IMG/VR virus record: IMGVR_UViG_3300045988_013970
Location: 1-16,873 of that record
DNA length: 16,873 nucleotides
Source: a virus
Strand: one strand, 5' to 3'
A program made the position numbers and the translations under genes. The notes beneath the pieces are model-generated. The model was not told where the DNA came from and did no database searches. It saw nothing but the letters and a program-made list of their open reading frames with translations. This document shows positions 1 to 5,446 of this stretch, in pieces; positions within the stretch are counted from its first letter, which is position 1; each line of letters starts with the position of its first letter.

Positions 1-119
1 GTATTGGTTTTTGTAGTGAAAGGTTTCTGGAATGGTCAAGGCTGATATGAAAGTCGCCATGTTTGACTCCCCGTTTGTGGGGGGGCGTGTGGAATTGTGG
101 TTTTGTCCTCACGGTGAAC
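1..119. repeat. Left inverted terminal repeat (ITR), 119 bp
   Basis: Bases 1..119 are the exact reverse complement of 16755..16873 by direct comparison. Identity breaks at position 120 (a versus g). Terminal inverted repeats are typical of protein-primed linear genomes. Confidence 0.95.
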
Positions 120-136
120 ATGCTGTGCGAACTTAA
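32..136 (+). CDS. ITR-derived 34-codon mini-ORF (MVKADMKVAMFDSPFVGGRVELWFCPHGEHAVRT); coding status doubtful
   Basis: The left ITR copy reproduces the RBS-like GAAAGG, the ATG and 29 codons of the right-end gene. Five unique codons follow, then TAA at 134..136, directly abutting the hairpin at 135..170. It is the only plus-strand coding candidate with any context. It is too short to assess. Confidence 0.15.
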   Translation: MVKADMKVAMFDSPFVGGRVELWFCPHGEHAVRT

Positions 137-170
137 GAAAGCCCCTAGGTAAATACCTAGGGGCTTTCTT
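135..170. terminator. Bidirectional intrinsic terminator at the end of the minus-strand gene array
   Basis: Perfect 16-bp inverted repeat AAGAAAGCCCCTAGGT / ACCTAGGGGCTTTCTT with a 4-nt loop. The GC-rich core GCCCCTAGGT is followed by TTTCTT on both strands. It lies 12 nt downstream of the endolysin stop codon. Confidence 0.85.
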
Positions 171-181
171 ATGCCGTCATA

Positions 182-859
182 TCATGCGAATACAAGGTAC
201 CACATTGATTTGTCGGCTGGGGCGAGTGCGACGTACCTAGTGGCTCCTGAGCCGCCTATGTAGTGTGCCCAAATGTATCCGTCTGCGATCACACCACCTT
301 CGGACAAATTGACTGTCTGCCCGTAATGGTATTGGGCTACGACTTGTGCTGAGGTGGACGGTGCCGAGCGCACGTTGAGTACGTCAACGTTGACTTTGTA
401 GGTGCGTGGAATAATGGTTACATTGTTGTTTGCTGGTGCCGGTGCCGGTGCGCTTGCCGTGCGTGGGTGGAAGTAACCGATAATGCCGTTCTTGCTGATC
501 GTCACGTATTCGGCCTTGTTCGGGTTTTGCGACATGGTTTCCAAGGTGCCGTTGCCGTTGTCTCGAACGACAATGGCGACATGGTTCATGCCTGCGCCGT
601 TCCAAAATGCCACGTCACCGTAAACCGGCGTATAGTCGGCACCCTCTCGGCTGAATGTGTCCTGTAGAGCACGGGAGCGGTCATATCGTGCGGTGTAGAC
701 GCTTGCGGCGTATCCGTCTACGGTGTTGGTGTCGGTTGCTGGAATGCCGTACACGTTTCGCGCGTAGCTGCTCCAAAGGTCCCAGCATTGTCCGCCGTAC
801 GCGCCGTCCATGTCTACAACCTGTCCGTTTACTGAGTTCATCCATTCAGAGATGTTCAT
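182..859 (-). CDS. Endolysin, N-terminal CHAP peptidase/amidase plus C-terminal SH3b-like cell-wall binding domain
   Basis: CHAP signature DMDGAYGGQCWDLW (catalytic Cys) and NHVAIV (His). An Ala-Pro linker SAPAPAPA follows, then an SH3b-like C-terminus (YKVNVDVLNVRSAPSTSAQVV...GYIWAHY). It is the last gene, immediately after the holin (TAAcATG junction), with AAGGA 9 nt upstream. Confidence 0.88.
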   Translation of the reverse strand: MNISEWMNSVNGQVVDMDGAYGGQCWDLWSSYARNVYGIPATDTNTVDGYAASVYTARYDRSRALQDTFSREGADYTPVYGDVAFWNGAGMNHVAIVVRDNGNGTLETMSQNPNKAEYVTISKNGIIGYFHPRTASAPAPAPANNNVTIIPRTYKVNVDVLNVRSAPSTSAQVVAQYHYGQTVNLSEGGVIADGYIWAHYIGGSGATRYVALAPADKSMWYLVFA

Positions 860-860
860 G

Positions 861-1232
861 TTAGTTTTCCTTCTTGTGTTTGGGGGGGTTGTTTTGTGCG
901 AATACGCTCATGAATGGTGCGTCCGCTAGTTCGGGGTTGATGGCGGTAATGTTTTCCAGGATGGAGGTGAGTTCGATCAGGCTAACGCCGCCTACGGTGC
1001 ATACGAATACGCTGACCGGCAATCCGAGATCTACGTGTAGGTTGATCATGTCCACAAAATAGGCGACTAGGATGAGCATAAGGTAGGCGAACTTATGCCA
1101 TAACCCTTGTCGCATTTTGTGTGAGCTGAGCGTATCATTTAAAATGGCTTTTGCAACGCCGGTCACGTAGTCCACAATGATAAAAAAGACTACCGCGAAC
1201 ACACACCATACGTCGGTTGCTGTCATTGTCAT
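861..1232 (-). CDS. Holin, TcdE / phi-LC3 (Phage_holin_4_1-like) family
   Basis: 123 aa with three hydrophobic segments. Family-typical pattern IVDYVTGVAKA...SS...G..HK and LTSILENI, with a charged tail PPKHKKEN. AAGGAG RBS 8 nt upstream. Sits directly upstream of the endolysin. Confidence 0.85.
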   Translation of the reverse strand: MTMTATDVWCVFAVVFFIIVDYVTGVAKAILNDTLSSHKMRQGLWHKFAYLMLILVAYFVDMINLHVDLGLPVSVFVCTVGGVSLIELTSILENITAINPELADAPFMSVFAQNNPPKHKKEN

Positions 1233-1244
1233 ATATTATTCTCC

Positions 1245-2312
1245 TTATTTTCCTAACAGTTCACCTATGATCAGTCCAAAATCGGCCTTTACCTGCGAAT
1301 CGTCAAACCTTATTTTACCTAGTCGATAGCCGGTGGTGAGTCGTCGTATGATATCGTCTGATTTTTTGACGTACCAAGTGTGTTCGTCTACATGGTTGGG
1401 GTCTAACGTGTAGACGGGTCTAGTGTTGTCTTTGGGGATGCGTCGTGAAACGTGTTGTGAAACACGTCCGTCACGTTCGGACATGGAAACCCAAATACCG
1501 AAACGCGCATAGTCCGTAGTGTCCAGCACGTAGGAGAGTTCGCCGTCGCTCGGTATTGGCGCTAGCAACGTGTCCGATTCATCACGGAACTTGTTTTTGA
1601 TCGCATAATCCGCATAATCGCCATCGTATTGTTCCAAGAATCTGCCAAATTTCGACTGTGCGACTTTTGCCGAGAATCCGCCATAGTCAGCCAGTTCGAG
1701 ACAAACGAATCCCCCGCAGTAGAGTTTGTATTGTTGCTGGTTTTGCTGTTGTGCTCCAATGTCCAGCCGGTATTTCGCGAAATATGGGTTAGCTTTTTGC
1801 ACTGCATTAGACAAGAATAGTACTTTTGTTCTATCCTGCCACCTGTCTACCGTATTATAGAACTCGCTGAACGAATTTACTTCATTGCTGAGGAACCGTA
1901 GGTTGTCTGGAAAAATCTCGTCAAAAATAATGAGATGCACTTTAGGATAGGCGACTGACTTCAAGCCGCCCGCCTGTGAGAGTGCGACGAAATAACAGCA
2001 TGTGCGCCAGTCCTTTTCATCCCATGAAGTCTTATGAATCTGCCCCTTTTCGCCATTTACTCGAAACTCGTAGGATGGGAAGAACTCTTGAATATCCTTG
2101 AAGAATGTCTCTTTTCGATGCTGTTCCACGTCGGTACGCCTGAGATAGATGAACTCGTGACCATGCTTGATGTATTCCTTGATGCCGTATCGTTTGGCGG
2201 CGAACGTTTTGCCGAGGCCGCGTGCGCCGATCACGAAATTCCATGACGCGTTTCGGGTGAGCAGATTATGCAGATCATAGTAATCATCTTCAGCCAATGT
2301 CTGTAATGCCAT
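1245..2312 (-). CDS. DNA encapsidation (packaging) ATPase, phi29 gp16-like
   Basis: Alignable by eye to phi29 gp16. Walker A NFVIGARGLGKT (phi29 NFVIGARGIGKS), FIYLRR (FIYVRR), Walker B HLIIFDE (TIVFDE), LSNAVQKANPYF (LSNAVSVVNPYF), C-terminal GKIRFDD (GYLRFDN). GGAGGTG RBS. Confidence 0.92.
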   Translation of the reverse strand: MALQTLAEDDYYDLHNLLTRNASWNFVIGARGLGKTFAAKRYGIKEYIKHGHEFIYLRRTDVEQHRKETFFKDIQEFFPSYEFRVNGEKGQIHKTSWDEKDWRTCCYFVALSQAGGLKSVAYPKVHLIIFDEIFPDNLRFLSNEVNSFSEFYNTVDRWQDRTKVLFLSNAVQKANPYFAKYRLDIGAQQQNQQQYKLYCGGFVCLELADYGGFSAKVAQSKFGRFLEQYDGDYADYAIKNKFRDESDTLLAPIPSDGELSYVLDTTDYARFGIWVSMSERDGRVSQHVSRRIPKDNTRPVYTLDPNHVDEHTWYVKKSDDIIRRLTTGYRLGKIRFDDSQVKADFGLIIGELLGK

Positions 2313-2338
2313 GTCTGCTCACCTCCACTATAAACAAT

Positions 2339-2374
2339 GGGGAGCGTAGCGTCATGACCACCGTTGCGCTCCCC
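2339..2374 (-). promoter_or_regulatory. GC-rich hairpin in the leader of the packaging ATPase gene (attenuator or 5' UTR structure)
   Basis: GGGGAGCG / CGCTCCCC 8-bp stem enclosing about 20 nt that contains the palindrome GTCATGAC. On the minus strand it is followed by ATTGTTTAT, then the RBS GGAGGTG and the ATG at 2312. Confidence 0.5.
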
Positions 2375-2424
2375 TATTGGTTACGAGTCGGCTCAAGGGA
2401 AGTCATCACATGCCGACGTGTTCT

Positions 2425-2433
2425 ATTATATCA
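2425..2433 (-). promoter_or_regulatory. Candidate extended -10 promoter TGATATAAT upstream of the ATPase-holin-endolysin block
   Basis: The minus strand reads ACATGTGATATAAT just after the stop codon of the upstream gene. There is no good -35. The same motif occurs at 12157..12165 and, with one change, at 15369..15377. Confidence 0.5.
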
Positions 2434-2438
2434 CATGT

Positions 2439-3650
2439 TTAGAATGCGGGCGGATTCGATTTTCCATCCCACACGCTGAGTAGAGAGTACGCCTGATTGT
2501 AGCGATTCGTGTACGGCTGGAATGGGTAGGTGGCGAGAATATTGGCCTTGAGCTGTGCGAGGTTTGACGCTTTCGGTATCTTGAGCGCGTTCGCGGGGGA
2601 CTGGTGGTATGCAGTGACCCACAGTATTTGCATTTTATCATCGTCGTACTGCTGCGGGTATCCGGCGTAATCTTCGGCAAACTGTTTGCGCTGTCCCTCA
2701 TGGGATTCACTTCGTGCCGCCCATGTCCGGAAGGCCGTCGCTTCCGCCTGGGTGAGGTTTCTTGTAAAATCCCCTCCGCTCTCCATTAATGCGGCGATCT
2801 GCGGGGCGGCGTTTTTGAATGCCGCGTAGCCGGTTGGGTCTGCCGCTTTCATGGCATTCAACACTTGCAAACGTCTGCCGAAGCTCCATTGGGCAATGCC
2901 AACACCCTGCAAGTTGGCCGCTTCTACTGCATCCCAGCGCAAACCGGCTTCAACTGTGCCAATCACGTATAAGGCGTACGAGTTTTCCGGTGACGTCGAG
3001 CTTGACGGGTGCCCTTGTCCTTGCGAGTCGGACGGTTGCGGTTGTGACGCTTTTTCCGAAAAATTATTGGCGGTGGTCTTGTAAAAGATACGGGTTCGTA
3101 CTCCGCCGTTATCAGTCTCATGCAGATACAGGTTGTCGCCCTGCCAATGGATCCATGCCCCGCCCCGTTTCGTGCCTGGGTTCCCCTGATTGTTGTCACC
3201 GGTGGGATTATCCACGTCCGGCTTAGGCATGGTACGGGGATGTAAGTAGCCTAACAGTCCGTCGATCGGAAACCATTTGAGCGCGCTTGCGTCAGGATTC
3301 TGTGTGATCACGTAGACATTCCCATCCTTCACGCCGTCGCCCGCAACTATCGCCACATGAGTGTAGGGAGTGTAGGTGGCGTACCCCCATATTGCCACGT
3401 CCCCTGCTACTGGCGAGTACCCGTCCGCTGGAATGCGCTCGTACACCTGTTCGCACCGCGTGGACACGGGATATGACGTATATAAGCCGCCCGCATAACC
3501 GGTAGGGGTAATACAGTCTTGGATGCTCATACCGTACATGTCCATACTGTATTTTGCCCATAAGTCCCAGCATTGCGCGCCATACGCCCCGTCCATGTCC
3601 CAAAAACGGTTTTTCGTCTGGTCAATCCATTGCGCAAAAGTAATAGCCAT
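2439..3650 (-). CDS. Virion-associated peptidoglycan hydrolase: N-terminal CHAP domain plus C-terminal phi29 gp13-type lysozyme-like domain
   Basis: N-terminus WDMDGAYGAQCWDLW...THVAIV is a CHAP paralogue of the endolysin. The C-terminus has GTVEAG...GVGIAQWS and WVTAYHQSPANA, resembling the gp13 lysozyme blocks MQSES...GFGLVQWT and FLASYERPANP. The position after the fibre gene matches phi29 gene 13. Confidence 0.8.
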   Translation of the reverse strand: MAITFAQWIDQTKNRFWDMDGAYGAQCWDLWAKYSMDMYGMSIQDCITPTGYAGGLYTSYPVSTRCEQVYERIPADGYSPVAGDVAIWGYATYTPYTHVAIVAGDGVKDGNVYVITQNPDASALKWFPIDGLLGYLHPRTMPKPDVDNPTGDNNQGNPGTKRGGAWIHWQGDNLYLHETDNGGVRTRIFYKTTANNFSEKASQPQPSDSQGQGHPSSSTSPENSYALYVIGTVEAGLRWDAVEAANLQGVGIAQWSFGRRLQVLNAMKAADPTGYAAFKNAAPQIAALMESGGDFTRNLTQAEATAFRTWAARSESHEGQRKQFAEDYAGYPQQYDDDKMQILWVTAYHQSPANALKIPKASNLAQLKANILATYPFQPYTNRYNQAYSLLSVWDGKSNPPAF

Positions 3651-3656
3651 ATCACC

Positions 3657-3662
3657 ATTATA
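3657..3662 (-). promoter_or_regulatory. Candidate -10 element TATAAT placed for a leaderless transcript of the virion lysin gene
   Basis: The minus strand reads TCGCCTATAAT-ggtgat-ATG, with exactly 6 nt between the hexamer and the start codon. No Shine-Dalgarno sequence is present. The 9-bp inverted repeat AGCCATATC/GATATGGCT (3644..3673) spans the hexamer and the ATG. Confidence 0.4.
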
Positions 3663-3697
3663 GGCGATATGGCTATCATTTTAAGGCATTAGGATTA

Positions 3698-5197
3698 TTA
3701 CCACGCTACAGTAAAACCGCCCCCCATCAGACCGTTGGGGGAACCATGGGCACCGGTTGTGGTGTATGGTTGGATGCCGAACGTGCCGCTAACATGATCG
3801 TCAGACCCCAACACCTTAAACAGGGTGGCCTCGTTCGCACCGTTGGATGCCATGAGTGCCCATGCGTCCGGCTCGTTGGTGGTGTCCTTGTCGCGTTCCG
3901 CCCATTTAGGTAGAGCGTTTTTAACGTCCACGAAATTGGCGGCAGTGACGTTACTGGCGAGATGCCAGCCGAACGTCAGAAGCCCCCCCGAAGCGTTGAC
4001 GGTGAACAGTGCGAGAGTGTTGGTCGAGTCGCGCCACGAAAACGACTCCGTACGCCCCGTGTAGTTATGATTGATGTAATCAAGCATGTAGCTTACGATT
4101 ACGTTGGTTCCGTCCGCGTTTGGGTGTATGTCGCCGGTGGGGAAATAGGTGTTATTGCCTAGATTCCATGTCCAAGCCCATGGCACCGCTTCCACGCCGA
4201 CCTCTCGGGCGGCGGAAATACAGGATGCGGAATTGTACCGCCAATAATTTGATACTGGCGTCCAGTCCCATAGCATGGGTACTACAATGATTCGAGCGTT
4301 TGGAAACTCGCGTTTAACTCCCTCGTATAGGCTTGCTGCGGCGGTGCGCAATGTGCCCGAATACCCATCGTTGGTGTTGCGGCTTCCTGCGATCACCACT
4401 AAGCCGACTTCATTGTGGTTGTAGCTGATGTCCGCTTTTGCGTTGTTGAGTTCGCTTTGAAAGGTGGTGTTTGGCGCGGTGTAGCCGGCTCCTGTGATGC
4501 AGTAATTGTGTAGCAGGCTGTCTTCGCCCAGTCGGGTATTAAGTACGGTCGGCCACTCTCGTGTCTTATCCGTATTTGTGCCGTACGAGTCTCCAAAAGT
4601 GACCAAGTGCCCGTTAGTGCGTGAGAGAGATCTAAGGATTCGAGCGATAGCGTCGTTTGCGATGGTTGCGTCCGTTCCCGCTTTGTCCCACTTGGTTTTA
4701 TTGGCGGTGGCGTGCGCTGCGGTGTCCGCGCCGAGTGCGGTGAGAATCGCCGTATTGGAATTGGCTTTTTGAGTGGCGGTGGCGGCGTCTGCCAGTGCTT
4801 CGATAGCGTCCGTACCCGCTTTATCCCATTTCGTCTTATTGGCGGTGGCGTGAGCGGTGGTGTCTGCGCCGAGCGCGGTAAGAATGGCGCTATTGTTGTC
4901 GGCCTTGATTGCTGCGGCGGTCACGTCCGTAGCCGCTTTATCCCATTTGGTTTTCGCAGCGGTGGCATTATCCACCGTGTTATCCACAAGCAACGCTTTC
5001 ATGACCGCTTCATCATGCGTTTCTCGGGCTTCCACGCCTTCAATGCGGTTCAGGTGTTTTTCGAGAGTATCGTCAATGGTGCGCATCGAACCGTTGTAGC
5101 CGTCCCTCAGGTCGGCGGGGTCACCGTCCCCGTACAGGTTCAAGCCATAATTATCAGTCTTGGTGTAAGTGGTCCTCATTTTTACAGCTACTTTCAT
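3698..5197 (-). CDS. Tail fibre / appendage protein with SGNH (GDSL) esterase domain
   Basis: SGNH blocks: LVTFGDSYG (block I, aa about 198-206), VVIAGSRNTNDG (blocks II/III), PTGDIHPNADG (block V, DxxH). The N-terminal motif NLYGDGDPADLRDGYNGSMRTIDD is shared with ORF 5282..5446. There are 2.5 tandem 40-46 aa repeats. Position is equivalent to phi29 gene 12. The start could be M1 (5197) or M7 (5179). Confidence 0.8.
   Translation of the reverse strand: MKVAVKMRTTYTKTDNYGLNLYGDGDPADLRDGYNGSMRTIDDTLEKHLNRIEGVEARETHDEAVMKALLVDNTVDNATAAKTKWDKAATDVTAAAIKADNNSAILTALGADTTAHATANKTKWDKAGTDAIEALADAATATQKANSNTAILTALGADTAAHATANKTKWDKAGTDATIANDAIARILRSLSRTNGHLVTFGDSYGTNTDKTREWPTVLNTRLGEDSLLHNYCITGAGYTAPNTTFQSELNNAKADISYNHNEVGLVVIAGSRNTNDGYSGTLRTAAASLYEGVKREFPNARIIVVPMLWDWTPVSNYWRYNSASCISAAREVGVEAVPWAWTWNLGNNTYFPTGDIHPNADGTNVIVSYMLDYINHNYTGRTESFSWRDSTNTLALFTVNASGGLLTFGWHLASNVTAANFVDVKNALPKWAERDKDTTNEPDAWALMASNGANEATLFKVLGSDDHVSGTFGIQPYTTTGAHGSPNGLMGGGFTVAW
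4652..4969 (-). repeat. In-frame tandem repeats (about 2.5 copies of a 40-46 aa unit) inside the tail fibre gene
   Basis: The protein reads ...NATAAKTKWDKAATD...NNSAILTALGADTTAH / ATANKTKWDKAGTD...SNTAILTALGADTAAH / ATANKTKWDKAGTD.... The DNA copies are clearly related but diverged, for example gctttgtcccacttggttttattggcggtggcgtg versus gctttatcccatttcgtcttattggcggtggcgtg. Confidence 0.9.
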
Positions 5198-5203
5198 TTG
5201 ATC

Positions 5204-5209
5204 AATATA
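5204..5209 (-). promoter_or_regulatory. Candidate -10 element TATATT placed for a leaderless transcript of the tail fibre gene
   Basis: The minus strand reads TATATT-gatcaa-ATG, again exactly 6 nt to the start codon, with no Shine-Dalgarno sequence before either M1 or M7. It lies in an 84-bp gap. Confidence 0.4.
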
Positions 5210-5281
5210 ACTATTTTTCTGTCACAATGTTGCCATGCAGACTCAGTTGGTAATTGCTTGTTTTTTCGTAGACGGTTCCCA

Positions 5282-5446
5282 TCAGTCAACTCCCTTAGAT
5301 TCTCTGACAAGAATTTCGAGCTGGTGAATTTTTTGATCCAAGATACGCATGGAATCATTATAGCCGTCTCGCAAGTCCATGGGCGTATCGTCTGTATAAA
5401 GGGGTAGTGCGAGGTGTGGTGTCCTCTCGTATGTGTCATTGTTCAT
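5282..5446 (-). CDS. 54-aa protein homologous to the tail fibre N-terminal module
   Basis: MNNDTYERTPHLALPLYTDDTPMDLRDGYNDSMRILDQ aligns with fibre MRTTYTKTDNYGLNLYGDGDPADLRDGYNGSMRTIDD. The start was chosen at the internal ATG 5446, which overlaps the upstream stop by 8 nt. The longer 84-aa reading of the ORF track overlaps the upstream gene and lacks support. Confidence 0.6.
   Translation of the reverse strand: MNNDTYERTPHLALPLYTDDTPMDLRDGYNDSMRILDQKIHQLEILVRESKGVD

Noticed and set aside
78-84. G7/C7 homopolymer tracts (78..84 and its ITR copy, about 883..889 in the holin, about 3984..3990 in the fibre, about 16470..16476) as possible phase-variation sites
   Set aside because: About two such runs are expected by chance in 17 kb at roughly 50 percent GC. 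All of them keep long ORFs intact, and there is no sign of alternative frames resuming after them. They are worth remembering only as potential sequencing-error hotspots.
4712-5407. Long plus-strand ORFs antisense to structural genes (4712..5407, 6801..7349, 8396..8866, 10538..11131, 14665..15351 and similar)
   Set aside because: All lie fully antisense to genes with clear homology. They have Arg/Gly/Cys/Val-rich low-information translations, lack RBSs, and several cross hairpins or intergenic signals. Open antisense frames are expected at this GC content.
5194-5439. 81-aa minus-strand ORF overlapping the 54-aa ORF and the gap before the fibre gene
   Set aside because: It is out of frame with the 54-aa ORF, whose translation is validated by homology to the fibre N-terminus. 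It has no RBS and an implausible composition.
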